64,000 nucleotides of DNA from Spirochaetia bacterium. Lineage in GTDB: Bacteria > Spirochaetota > Spirochaetia > SZUA-6 > Bin103. Shown here piece after piece: positions 54,603 through 63,782 of the stretch (its first letter is position 1; every line of letters begins with the position of its first letter). The notes beneath the pieces are model-generated. The model was not told where the DNA came from. It was given only the letters and a program-made list of their open reading frames with translations, and ran no database searches. The translations under genes were made by a program, and so were the position numbers. The stretch lies in the NCBI GenBank assembly GCA_965208065.1, contig OZ242313.1, positions 4,382,369 to 4,446,368 on the forward strand. The letters run 5' to 3'.

Positions 54603-55465
54603 TGGGGTGTAGCTCCCGCCTGACGGCCGGCCTGTTGCAGCGCCCGCGCGCGCAGCACGTTGCGCATGATGATCGAGGTGGTTACCGAACCCACGCCGCC
54701 CGGCACCGGGGTTACCGCGCCGGCCACGGCGCATACCGTGTCCCACTCCACGTCGCCGGCGAGTCCGCCGGCCACCTCGGTGATGCCCGCGTCAATGACC
54801 GTTGCGCCGGGCCGGATCATGCCGCCGGTTACCACGCCGGGGCGGCCGGCGGCGGCGAACACCAAGTCCGCCTCGCGCACCACGGCCGCCAGGTCTGGAG
54901 TACGCGTATGGCATACGGTAACGGTGGCGTGGCGGGTCACCAGCAGCGCGGCCAGCGGACGCCCCACCGTGTCGCCGCGGCCCACCACCGCGGCGCGCTT
55001 GCCCTGCGGCTGCACCGGCACTTCGGCGAGCAGCTCCAGGCAGGCCAGCGGCGTGGCCGGCAGCAGGGCGTGCTGCTCGGCCGCGCCGAACAGCAGCCCG
55101 CGGTTTACCGGCGTGACGCCGTCCACGTCCTTGTGCGGGTCGATGGCTGCCAGCACGCGGTCCTTGTCCACCGCCGCCGGCAGCGGCAACTCCACCAGAA
55201 TGCCGTGTATGGAAGGATCGCGGTTCCAGTCGGCGAGGGCCGTGAGCAGCTCGGGCGTGGTCACCGCCTCCGCGAACCGCTCCACGCGCACGGTAACGCC
55301 GAGCCTGGCGCCGAGCTTGACCTTGGCCTGCGCGTACCAGCGTGAACCGGGGTCGCCGCCGGCGAGCAGCACCTGCAGGACCGGCGGTACGCCGCCCAAA
55401 CCCGCCTGCACCTCGGCCCGGATGCGCGCCGCAACCGGGGCACCCTTGATGACGCGGGCGCTCAC
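54599..55465 (-). CDS. folD: bifunctional methylenetetrahydrofolate dehydrogenase/cyclohydrolase
   Basis: 'IKGAPVAARIRAEV' N-terminus and Rossmann 'AVVGRGDTVGRPLA' region; GTG start. Confidence 0.85.
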   Translation of the reverse strand: MSARVIKGAPVAARIRAEVQAGLGGVPPVLQVLLAGGDPGSRWYAQAKVKLGARLGVTVRVERFAEAVTTPELLTALADWNRDPSIHGILVELPLPAAVDKDRVLAAIDPHKDVDGVTPVNRGLLFGAAEQHALLPATPLACLELLAEVPVQPQGKRAAVVGRGDTVGRPLAALLVTRHATVTVCHTRTPDLAAVVREADLVFAAAGRPGVVTGGMIRPGATVIDAGITEVAGGLAGDVEWDTVCAVAGAVTPVPGGVGSVTTSIIMRNVLRARALQQAGRQAGATPQ

Positions 55466-55487
55466 TCGTACGGCTCGTACTGGCGGG

Positions 55488-57497
55488 TCAGGCGTCCGGC
55501 TTGCGTGCCGCGCGCGAGCGGCGGCCGAGCAGGCGCGACAACAAGCCGCCCTTGCCGGCAGGCTCCCGGTCCCGGTCCGGCTCGCGGTCGGCGACTGGGG
55601 CGGCTTTCGCCGGGGGCTTGGCTGCCGGCGCCGGCTTGTCCACCACCTTGAAGTCCTCGCCGTACTTCTCGCGGTAGTAGGCGAGGCGCTCCTCGGATGA
55701 ACGTGCCCGTGCCCGGCTGCCGCCCGCCGCCGCCTGGCGCCCCGAGCCACGGTCACGGTCACCGCTACCGCGCGGCTCCGCGCCGCCGGTTGCGCTACGG
55801 CCGCCGTTTGCCCGGACGTTCCCGGCCGCGCGGCCGCCGCTGTCTACCGGCGCGCCGTTGGCGGAAGCCTCGGCGCCAACGGCGGCATCCGCCGCTGCCC
55901 GGACGGCGCCCCCGTCGCGGCTGCCCCCGCGCCCGCGCCCGCGGCTCCTGCTGCGGCTTCGTCCGCCGCGGCTGCCGCTGCCCTCGGACGTGCGCCCGGC
56001 GTCGGACCGTCGCGCCGTGCCGGATGCCGCGGCGGTGCTGGATGCTGCGGCGGTGCCGGATGCTGCGGCTGTGCCGGACGGCGCGCCATTGTGTTGGGCG
56101 CCGTGTTGCGCGCGTGCGCCTTCCGCGCGGTCGCGTGCAGCCGCCGGTGCCGCCTCCGGGCGGGCGCGGCGTGTCTCGCCCGCGTGCGGCGCACCGCCAC
56201 GCGATGCGCCGGCGCCGACCAACTCGGGTGTGCGCCGCCCCCGGTCCGCGGAACCGCGCCGCGGCGTCGGCCGCCCGGCGCCGCGCCCGGGGCCCGAACG
56301 GCGGCGGTCGTCGCGCCCGCGCCCGCCCTGGTAGTGGCCGAGCCAGGCGCCGCCGGTCAGATCCTCCACGTACAGGTCGTCGGTGGCCTTGGAAACCGGG
56401 ATCGGCGTGCGGATGAACTCCTCGATTCCCTGCAGCGCGAACACCCACTCCTGGCACGCCAGCGCAACGGCCTTGCCGCTGCGCCCGGCGCGCGCGGTGC
56501 GTCCGATGCGGTGCACGTAGTTCTCGCTATGCTCCGGCAGTTCGTAATTCACCACCAGGTCGAGCCCCTCGATGTGCAGGCCGCGCGCCGCCACGTCGGT
56601 GGCCACCAGGTAGCTCAGCTCGCCCGCCTTGAGCTGATCGATCAGGCTCTGCCGCTTGCTCTGCGGCAGGTCGCCGATGATGTATTCGCAGCCGAGGCCG
56701 TTGCGCTGCATGCGGGTGGCGAGCTCGAAGGCCGCCTGCTTGGTGTTGGTGAAGATCAGCGCGTTCTCCGGCTGGTCGCGCGCTATCAGTCCAAGCAGCA
56801 GGCTGAACTTGCGCTCGCGGGCGACGTGGTACAGCTCCTGTTCGATTTCGTCCACCGTGACCCGTTCCGGGGTGATGGTGATCTCCGCCGGGCTGCGCAT
56901 GTAGTCGAACGCCAGCGTCTTGACGCGCGTCGACAGGGTGGCGCTGTACAGCATGGTGACGCGCTCGTCGCGCCCCGGCATATGGCGGATCAGCCGGCGC
57001 AGGTCGGGGATGAACCCCATGTCGAACATGCGGTCCGCCTCGTCGATCACCAGGATGCCCACCTTGCGCAGGTCCAGCTTGCGCTGCTCGACGAAATCGA
57101 GCAGGCGGCCAGGGGTGCCGATCGCCACGCGCACGCCCTCCCGCAGAGCGCGCTCCTGCTTGTGGTAGCCCACGCCGCCGTAAAAACTGGCGACCGGGAG
57201 GTCGAGGTACTTGCCGAGTTGCAGCGCGTCGCTCTCGATCTGGTCGGCCAGTTCGCGGGTGGGTGCGACGATCAGCGCAATGCAGTCGTCGAGGCTGCGC
57301 TGCTCCAGGAACAACTGGAAGATGCTGATCAGGAAGGCGGCGGTCTTGCCGGTGCCGGTCTGCGATTGGACCGCGACGTCGGCGCCGATCAGGCTGTATA
57401 CAAAGGTCTGCTCCTGCACCGGCGTACACTGGGTAAACCCCAGATCGTCAATTGCCTGCAGGAGCTTCGGATCAAGATCGAGCTCGTGGAAAGTCAT
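55488..57497 (-). CDS. DEAD-box ATP-dependent RNA helicase with ~270-aa Arg/Gly/Ser/Ala-rich C-terminal tail
   Basis: Q-motif, 'TGTGKT', 'DEAD', 'SAT', 'HRIGRTARAG' motifs; low-complexity C-terminal extension. Confidence 0.9.
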   Translation of the reverse strand: MTFHELDLDPKLLQAIDDLGFTQCTPVQEQTFVYSLIGADVAVQSQTGTGKTAAFLISIFQLFLEQRSLDDCIALIVAPTRELADQIESDALQLGKYLDLPVASFYGGVGYHKQERALREGVRVAIGTPGRLLDFVEQRKLDLRKVGILVIDEADRMFDMGFIPDLRRLIRHMPGRDERVTMLYSATLSTRVKTLAFDYMRSPAEITITPERVTVDEIEQELYHVARERKFSLLLGLIARDQPENALIFTNTKQAAFELATRMQRNGLGCEYIIGDLPQSKRQSLIDQLKAGELSYLVATDVAARGLHIEGLDLVVNYELPEHSENYVHRIGRTARAGRSGKAVALACQEWVFALQGIEEFIRTPIPVSKATDDLYVEDLTGGAWLGHYQGGRGRDDRRRSGPGRGAGRPTPRRGSADRGRRTPELVGAGASRGGAPHAGETRRARPEAAPAAARDRAEGARAQHGAQHNGAPSGTAAASGTAAASSTAAASGTARRSDAGRTSEGSGSRGGRSRSRSRGRGRGGSRDGGAVRAAADAAVGAEASANGAPVDSGGRAAGNVRANGGRSATGGAEPRGSGDRDRGSGRQAAAGGSRARARSSEERLAYYREKYGEDFKVVDKPAPAAKPPAKAAPVADREPDRDREPAGKGGLLSRLLGRRSRAARKPDA
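56005..56076. repeat. 18-bp tandem repeat x4 inside the helicase tail (encodes GTAAAS-type repeats)
   Basis: gccgtgccggatgccgcg / gcggtgctggatgctgcg / gcggtgccggatgctgcg / gctgtgccggacggcgcg read directly from the sequence. Confidence 0.8.
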
Positions 57498-57595
57498 TTC
57501 GGTATTGGTTAGATGGGTCAGGGGCCCGCTGCGTGGGGGCCGCGCGAAAAACGATAACTGTTAGCAGTATACACAAAACGCCCCGCCCGGCATAG

Positions 57596-57619
57596 CCGCG
57601 AGCCCGCGAGCCCGCGAGC
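57596..57619. repeat. 8-bp tandem repeat (CCGCGAGC x3) in the helicase upstream region
   Basis: Direct reading of the sequence. Confidence 0.8.
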
Positions 57620-57935
57620 CGGCGGGAGCCGGGCGTCCCTCCCGTGCGGCAAACTCAACCGGCGGGTGCGGGGGGTCCTGGAGCGACCGTTGCGCGGCGA
57701 GCGGCCTGTACCGGTGGCTGGATGCGGCCTCCCTGCAGTCACGCCGGCCCGGCTACGTGGCCGACCGTGCCCTGCTGGCAACGATGGAAGGCAACGCCGA
57801 GCGGCGCCGCGAGGTCATTCAAGGCTCTCCGTTATTGTGCCGAGTCGCTGCCCTTCCCCGGCCTCAGGGCTCGCTCGGCGGGCCGCTGTAGCGAGGGCCG
57901 TTTGCATGGTGTCTTGTGTCTTGTAAGCGACGCAA

Positions 57936-58005
57936 AAAAAGAGCGCAGGGGCTCGACTGCCGTCCCCGGATTGACGAGAGCGGGTATCGGCACGCCCCTG
58001 CGCCC
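57936..58005 (-). terminator. candidate Rho-independent terminator on the minus strand (10-bp GC stem, long loop, then T7 tract)
   Basis: Minus-strand RNA would read gcgcaggggc ... gcccctgcgc followed by TCTTTTTTTGCG. It lies 40 nt downstream of the 58045..58368 gene. Confidence 0.4.
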
Positions 58006-58044
58006 TGGTTGCATAACTCCGTTGACGACGGCAGTAACGCCGCG

Positions 58045-58368
58045 CTACGTGCGCTCCCCTTTCGGTTCGTTCCTCCGTGCGACGGTTCCCGCGGCGCGCA
58101 CAAGCGCATCCACGTACCGCCGATTGATCAACGACGACAACTCGACGACCTTGAGAGTCAAGTGGGTCTCCAAGCCGTGGACCCTACCGGTCAACACTTC
58201 CTCAAGCTTCACCTGCCGTTGCGCTATGTCGCCGAGTCGCTGGTCGACCCGGCGCAATACCACATCGCGTTCTTCGTCCGTCAATTGCGTGCTCCCGCCG
58301 CGGAGGTTACCAAATCCACGCTGTAACGACTCCCTCATTCCCGCACATTTCGGCTTCCCGACGCCCAT
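58045..58368 (-). CDS. hypothetical coiled-coil protein, paralogue of the C-terminal half of the 58769..59188 product
   Basis: Shares the pattern D..L..(V/L)D..LG........E....L with the neighbouring gene; followed by a terminator-like hairpin; start uncertain. Confidence 0.45.
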   Translation of the reverse strand: MGVGKPKCAGMRESLQRGFGNLRGGSTQLTDEERDVVLRRVDQRLGDIAQRQVKLEEVLTGRVHGLETHLTLKVVELSSLINRRYVDALVRAAGTVARRNEPKGERT

Positions 58369-58514
58369 TCAAGTCGGCGCGGCACCCACCGTGTCTGGCG
58401 CCACGATGCCACCGGGAAGCCACAATCCTCAACCCTCAAGGGCGCCTTTTTCCTAAACGGCACCACTTTTTCCCAAGCGTTCAACCAACCCCTTCGTAGA
58501 CCGGATCCGACCTG

Positions 58515-58755
58515 CCTGAGCGGCTAGGTGGTAAGCATTCAGGACGTTCCAGACGGCGGTCAGCCGCTCAAACGGCAGCTCGCGGCTTCCGAAATCGAGA
58601 GTACTTCCAGACCCGAACTCAGTCCGCCCACGCGTCGTTTGGGAAGAAACCGATTGATTGCGATGGACTGATTTCGAGAGGGTGGCGTAGTACTGATAGA
58701 CCTCGGGATATCAGGCAACCGAATATGAGCGATATCCGTGACACGCGCGCGACGC
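58515..58755. repeat. copy 1 of a duplicated divergent-promoter/5'-start module (motifs cctgaRcggctaggWgg ... ccgattgattgcRatggactgattYcgaWagggtggcgtag ... caggcaaccgaRtatgagcga...tgacacRcgcgcga)
   Basis: Direct comparison with 59293..59445; copy 1 carries an extra ~88-bp insert between motif 1 and the core. Confidence 0.75.
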
Positions 58756-58768
58756 TCTCACGGAGGGT

Positions 58769-59188
58769 TCAGTTCGATCGCGTCTGCGCTCCGCGCGCCG
58801 GCGCCCGCCACAGGACCGTGACCATACTTTCGATTCGGCTTACGCGCCCGCCCAGCGCGTCCAGGCCGCCCCGCAGGTCGCCATCATCGGTGCTCACCTC
58901 CTGTTGCAAAGCGGTGAGCTCGCTGCGCAGTTCCGCCACCTCGGTACCCAGCTCGCTCCGCGCGGCCGCCAGTTCCCCTCGCCACGCCTCCCGCGCCTCT
59001 ACCGTCCGTTCGATCCGCTCCGCGAGCCGCTGCTCTATCTCGGTCACGCGCTGCTCGGCCATCAGGGCGATACTCACCGACAACCCCACGTTCACGCCAA
59101 TCACCATCAGCACCCATACCCACGTCCACTGGCGTCGGGTCCTCGTTGCTTGCCTCAGCGCTTTCCGTGGTGTCTCGATCATCTCCAT
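58769..59188 (-). CDS. membrane-anchored coiled-coil protein (single TM, 139 aa)
   Basis: TM helix 'WTWVWVLMVIGVNVGLSVSIALMA' followed by heptad-rich 'RVTEIEQRLAERIERTVEAREAWRGELAAARSELGTEVAELRSELTALQQE'. Confidence 0.6.
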   Translation of the reverse strand: MEMIETPRKALRQATRTRRQWTWVWVLMVIGVNVGLSVSIALMAEQRVTEIEQRLAERIERTVEAREAWRGELAAARSELGTEVAELRSELTALQQEVSTDDGDLRGGLDALGGRVSRIESMVTVLWRAPARGAQTRSN

Positions 59189-59292
59189 TCCGGATGGACG
59201 AAAGGGGGTACCCTCATTGGCAGATTATCGGCAGTTTCTGCGGGCACCTTGATGGTAACCGCAGCTATCCTGAACTGAACCGCAACGCCCTT

Positions 59293-59445
59293 CCTGAACG
59301 GCTAGGAGGTGGCCGTCCCGGACGGCATCGAACACGCATCCGATTGATTGCAATGGACTGATTCCGATAGGGTGGCGTAGCGTCGACAACGTTCGCTACT
59401 GCAGGCAACCGAGTATGAGCGAAAACCATGACACACGCGCGATGG
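59293..59445. repeat. copy 2 of the duplicated promoter/5'-start module, here driving the LytTR gene
   Basis: See copy 1; includes the ATG and first ~10 codons (MSENHDTRA versus MSDIRDTRA in copy 1). Confidence 0.75.
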
Positions 59446-60344
59446 ATACCACGATGAGCCTTGCATACCGGCAGCTTGCCACGCGGGGCATGGCGCTCGT
59501 GGTGGCCGGTATAGCGGCCGGTTTGATGGCCATCGTCGCGGTATTGGGGCCAATTCGCACCGTGGATACGTTGACCCTCTTGCAGAGGTTTGCGTACTTC
59601 GGAGTCATCACCATCACCGGCGTACCTGTCCTGTTCGCTTCGGGTTTCTTCATTCTCTACGTCCTGCGCAACGTCAGGGTGCGCTACGTAATGTTGGCGC
59701 TTGTCCTGATGTGCGCGTTTGTGGCCGTCCCCTGGGCGGCCCTGTCCATGGTTCTTTACGGGGCCTTTCATGGGGGCGCTTTTCCGACGGTCAGCTACCG
59801 CGCAGTGTACGCATTTGGCATACTGATATCCGGGTTTGGAACGGGGTTCTCGTTCTACGTGCTCTACCAGAAAGCGAGCCGAACGACGCACCGGAACAGC
59901 GTATCGAAAGCCAACGGCACGGCAACAGATTCGCCTGGCTCCCCGGCAGGCACGGACGCCGCGGACCTCACGCAGACCAGGGCGGTGTCGACTTCAGGCG
60001 ATGGCCCGAATGGCAGCGCGCCGGGCAAGGCTCCCGAACTCCGTCTACCGCCGGAGATCGGACGGGATATCGTCTACGCGCATGTCACCGGGCACTATGT
60101 GGAAGTGGTAACCACTTCAGGAAGGGCGGTCGTGTACTCGCGGCTAGCGGACGTGGCGGAAGCAATGCACGGCCAGGGAATGCAGACTCACCGCTCCTAC
60201 TGGGCGGCATACCGGCATATCCGTCGGATTCGCAGCGATGGCCACCGCGTACTCCTGCACCTCACCGGCGGCCGCAAGGTGCCCGTCGGGCGCTCGTTTC
60301 GCAGCTCCGTGCGAGCCTACCTCAAGCGCCGGACCGCTCCTTGA
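59415..60344 (+). CDS. membrane-bound LytTR-family transcriptional regulator (4-5 TM helices plus C-terminal LytTR DNA-binding domain)
   Basis: C-terminal 'IVYAHVTGHYVEVVTTSGRAVVYSRLADVAE...THRSYWAAYRHIRRI' matches LytTR; N-terminal hydrophobic helices. Confidence 0.8.
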   Translation: MSENHDTRAMDTTMSLAYRQLATRGMALVVAGIAAGLMAIVAVLGPIRTVDTLTLLQRFAYFGVITITGVPVLFASGFFILYVLRNVRVRYVMLALVLMCAFVAVPWAALSMVLYGAFHGGAFPTVSYRAVYAFGILISGFGTGFSFYVLYQKASRTTHRNSVSKANGTATDSPGSPAGTDAADLTQTRAVSTSGDGPNGSAPGKAPELRLPPEIGRDIVYAHVTGHYVEVVTTSGRAVVYSRLADVAEAMHGQGMQTHRSYWAAYRHIRRIRSDGHRVLLHLTGGRKVPVGRSFRSSVRAYLKRRTAP

Positions 60345-60501
60345 TTCTGCGCAACGCGCGCCCGACGCTTCGGAAACTACACCAAACAAACACGAATCCT
60401 CTCATTATGAACCCCGTTCGAGCACGCAGCCGGCGTTATCGTAATTCGCAGGCTGGGCGGACGGTACGCATTCATTGAGTTGTGCAGGTAGGGAGTCGCG
60501 G

Positions 60502-61083
60502 ATGTCGAGGCACAGAATCGTCAGCGTCGATGAGGTACGGACCAGAGCCGAGCAGCAATTCCAACGCGACGGATACCACGCCACATCGATACAGACGCTT
60601 GTAGATTGCATCGGAGTCGGACGCGGCAGCATATACGACACCTTCGACAGCAAGCGCGGCCTCTACGTCAGCGCCCTGCGCCGCTACGTCCGATCCCTCG
60701 AAGGGCGCTTCCGGGCGCTGCACGACCAGCCATCGCCCCGGGCGGCCATCCTGAGCGTGTTCGAGAGCTGGATGAAGGAGTCGCGCGACGGCTGCTTTCT
60801 CGTGAACACCTCGGTCGAACTCGCGCCGCACGACGGGGAGATCGCGCAGATCGTGGCGAATTCCTTGCAAGAAATCGAAAACGTGTTCGTGCGGTTGATC
60901 GGCCAGGGCCAAGCCAGCGGCGAGATCCTTCCCGCCGTCGATCCGGTACTCACGGCTCGCGGGCTGCTGGCTCTCTACATCACCTTGTGTGTTCTGACAC
61001 GCTCCGGCAGCGACGAGTCATCCCGGCGCGATTTCGCCGGGATGGCCGGCGCAATGCTGACCGATCACAACCGAAGGAAGTGA
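60502..61083 (+). CDS. TetR/AcrR family transcriptional regulator
   Basis: TetR_N HTH 'GYHATSIQTLVDCIGVGRGSIYDTF'. Confidence 0.85.
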   Translation: MSRHRIVSVDEVRTRAEQQFQRDGYHATSIQTLVDCIGVGRGSIYDTFDSKRGLYVSALRRYVRSLEGRFRALHDQPSPRAAILSVFESWMKESRDGCFLVNTSVELAPHDGEIAQIVANSLQEIENVFVRLIGQGQASGEILPAVDPVLTARGLLALYITLCVLTRSGSDESSRRDFAGMAGAMLTDHNRRK

Positions 61084-61085
61084 AA

Positions 61086-62543
61086 TCAAGGACGTGTATG
61101 GTTGGTCTCTTTGTTCCTCTGAAGGGTAATGCGGACGGTGGTTCCCTGGTTCGGGCCGCCGCTGGAAGTGGTGATGGTCCCGGCGTGGGCGCGAACGATC
61201 GCGCGCGCGATTGACAGGCCCAGTCCCGAGCCGCCCGTCGCGCGCGTGCGAGATTCGTCGCTGCGATACAAACGGTCGAACACGTGCGGCAGGTCGTCTG
61301 CCGCGATTCCCGCGCCGTCGTCCGTTACCGTGATCGTTATCCCACCGTTGGCCGTCCCGGCCGCGACGATCGTGATCCGCCCGCCGGGCCCGGTGTGCTG
61401 CAGCGCGTTCTGCACCACGTTGCCGAGCGCCTGGCTCATCCGCATCGGGTCCAGCTCCAGCGCCGGCAGCCCCGGCGCCGCCTGCAGCTTCAGGGCGACC
61501 TCCCCCATGCGCGCCCGCGGCTGCCACCGCTGTTGCTCGCTCTCCAGCAGTTGCTCCATCGCAACCGGCTCCCGGCTCAGCCTCAGGTCCCCGGAGTCCG
61601 TCTCCGCCAGCCAGTTCAGGTCCCGCACCAGGTTCGCGAGCAAGGTCACTTCTCCGATAATCAGCTCAGCCGCCTCGTCCGGCTCCTGCAACTCGTCGCG
61701 CAGCCCTTGCGCCTCAAGCCGGATTACCGCCAGCGGCGTGTTCAGTTCATGCGACAGATCGTGGATCAGCCGCCTCCTCACATCCTTTTGGGTGTTCAGG
61801 GCGTTGGTCATCCGGTTGAACGCATCACTCATCTGGCCCAGCTCGTCTTCCGACGTCACCGGCAGCAGCGTGCTGTCTTCTTCGCCCTGCTCGATCCTCT
61901 TGGCGGCGGCGGTCAGGAGCGTCACCGGCGCCGTGATGCGGCGTGCGATCCAGGCCGCCACCCCCAACGCCGCCGCGGCGAGCAGTACCCCTCCGAGCGC
62001 CGTGGTGCTGAGCATGCCGCGCAGAAACCCGTGCAACTCGGTGGCAAGGAACTCGCGTTCCACGTCCACGTACACATAGCCCACCGTCCGACCGGTGCCC
62101 CGGTCGACCACGGTCGCGCGCTTGCCGCCCAGCGCCGGCGCCCGCGCCCCCGGCCGCAGCCGCGCCAGGTTGTCCCGGATCACGGCTCCGCCGTCCGCGA
62201 CCACCACGATCCTGATGCGGTCGATGTGGAACGCCGACTCCTCGGCCCCGTCGCCGCGCTCCCGCCGCTCGCCGCGCCCCTCCTCGTGCTCGCTCTCCGG
62301 CACATACAGGTAGCCTGCGTCCGCCAGCGCCCGGTCCACCGTCGCCCAGCCCGCCGAAGCGGTGTACTCGCGGCTCAGGTGGCGCGCAACGTGCTCAGCC
62401 TCCACCACCGCGAGTTGCGCCACGAACCCATCCAGTTGGCTCTGCGTCACGTAGTAGCCGATCGCTACGCTCAACACCACGGTCAACACCACGATGAGCA
62501 CGAACGCCCGCAGAATGCGACCGTGCAGCGACCCCGCCCGCAT
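61086..62543 (-). CDS. sensor histidine kinase (TM-sensor-TM-HAMP-HisKA-HATPase_c)
   Basis: 'HDLSHELNTP' H-box, G-boxes 'GGSGLGLSIA'; 4-nt overlap with the upstream response regulator. Confidence 0.85.
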   Translation of the reverse strand: MRAGSLHGRILRAFVLIVVLTVVLSVAIGYYVTQSQLDGFVAQLAVVEAEHVARHLSREYTASAGWATVDRALADAGYLYVPESEHEEGRGERRERGDGAEESAFHIDRIRIVVVADGGAVIRDNLARLRPGARAPALGGKRATVVDRGTGRTVGYVYVDVEREFLATELHGFLRGMLSTTALGGVLLAAAALGVAAWIARRITAPVTLLTAAAKRIEQGEEDSTLLPVTSEDELGQMSDAFNRMTNALNTQKDVRRRLIHDLSHELNTPLAVIRLEAQGLRDELQEPDEAAELIIGEVTLLANLVRDLNWLAETDSGDLRLSREPVAMEQLLESEQQRWQPRARMGEVALKLQAAPGLPALELDPMRMSQALGNVVQNALQHTGPGGRITIVAAGTANGGITITVTDDGAGIAADDLPHVFDRLYRSDESRTRATGGSGLGLSIARAIVRAHAGTITTSSGGPNQGTTVRITLQRNKETNHTRP

Positions 62544-62545
62544 GC

Positions 62546-63223
62546 TCACGCCTGCTCCGGCACGAACCGGTAACCGGCTCCATACACTGTCTGGATGGGC
62601 TGGCGTCCAGCCACGCCGAGCTGCTTGCGCAGCCGCAGGATGTGGTTGTCGACCGCACGTTCGTAGGCGTCGAAGTCCTCTCCGAACGCCAGTCCTATCA
62701 GCCGCTCGCGGCTCAGCACCTGGTGCGGATGCCGCATGAACGCGGCGAGCAGCGCGAACTGGGCGCTGCTCAGTTCGATTGTCCGTCCTTCCACCGTCAC
62801 CCGACGGGTGGTTTCGTCGATCGTGATCCCGCCCAGGGTCAGCACCCGCTGCACGGTGTCCCCGACACGGCGCAACACCGCCTTGGCGCGCGCCACCACT
62901 TCGTCTGCATCGAACGGCTTCACCACGTAGTCGTCCGCGCCGCAGTCCAGTCCGGCGATGCGGTCGGCGTGGGTTCCGCGCGCGGTGAGCATGATAATCG
63001 GTACCGCCGATTCGCGCCGCAGGATGCGGCATACCTGCATCCCGTCGAGCCCCGGCAGCATCAGGTCAAGCACGATCAGGTCGGGCCGGCCGGCACGGGC
63101 CAGGGTAAGGCCGGTGCGCCCGTCGTGCGCCACTTCCGCGCGGTACCCCACCTGTTCGAAGCGGACCTTCAGCCAGCGCGCGATCCGCGGCTCGTCTTCG
63201 ATGATCAGAACCGAATGCCGCAT
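62546..63223 (-). CDS. OmpR-family response regulator
   Basis: REC 'VLIIEDEP...LDLMLPGLDG' plus winged-helix trans_reg_C 'YGAGYRF'. Confidence 0.9.
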   Translation of the reverse strand: MRHSVLIIEDEPRIARWLKVRFEQVGYRAEVAHDGRTGLTLARAGRPDLIVLDLMLPGLDGMQVCRILRRESAVPIIMLTARGTHADRIAGLDCGADDYVVKPFDADEVVARAKAVLRRVGDTVQRVLTLGGITIDETTRRVTVEGRTIELSSAQFALLAAFMRHPHQVLSRERLIGLAFGEDFDAYERAVDNHILRLRKQLGVAGRQPIQTVYGAGYRFVPEQA

Positions 63224-63263
63224 CGGGCCTCGTGATACTGCCGCGCCATCGGGGTCACGCCGG

Positions 63264-63782
63264 TTACTCCTCGGTCGAGCCTGCAGCACCCCGGTCGTAG
63301 CGGACCGCGGCTGTTCTGTCTGCGTGGATGATCGAAACGTACACCGTTGCATTTTCCCCGAGTCGGCACGTAGCGCCGATAGTATCGACCAAGTTGACCG
63401 TCCGGTACCGGCCAGACCCGTCGCGGACCAGCTCCACATGCAGACCCACCACGTATTCGGATGCGTCGGCAAGAAGCGTACCGGACGCGAATGGAAGGAG
63501 GACGAGGCACCGTTCGATGAGAACCCCGCCATGCTCCGTTCCCGGCTCCTGCGGGTAGAGTCTGCTGAGCAGAGCAGCGCCGCTGCGGGCAACAACGAGT
63601 TCGCCATTGCTGTCGAAACCATACTCGAATCCGCGGCCCTCCAGATTGGAGGATATCAGGAAAAGAAGCCCTGTCGCCGCAGCGACCAGAAGCGTGGCGG
63701 TGGACAGGGCCAACAAGACAATATCCTTGGCGCCAACACGATGTGCGTGTCTGATTACCACGTCAGTGGCGCGAATCCGCAT
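63264..63782 (-). CDS. hypothetical membrane-anchored protein
   Basis: One N-terminal hydrophobic helix 'IVLLALSTATLLVAAATGLLFLI'; no recognised domain; start uncertain. Confidence 0.4.
   Translation of the reverse strand: MRIRATDVVIRHAHRVGAKDIVLLALSTATLLVAAATGLLFLISSNLEGRGFEYGFDSNGELVVARSGAALLSRLYPQEPGTEHGGVLIERCLVLLPFASGTLLADASEYVVGLHVELVRDGSGRYRTVNLVDTIGATCRLGENATVYVSIIHADRTAAVRYDRGAAGSTEE

Noticed and set aside
58725-59252. 175-aa plus-strand ORF beginning MSDIRDTRA
   Set aside because: After the first ~10 codons (a duplicated gene start) the translation is Ser/Arg/Ala-rich junk and is antisense to a convincing TM plus coiled-coil gene on the minus strand; treated as a decayed duplicate start, not a gene
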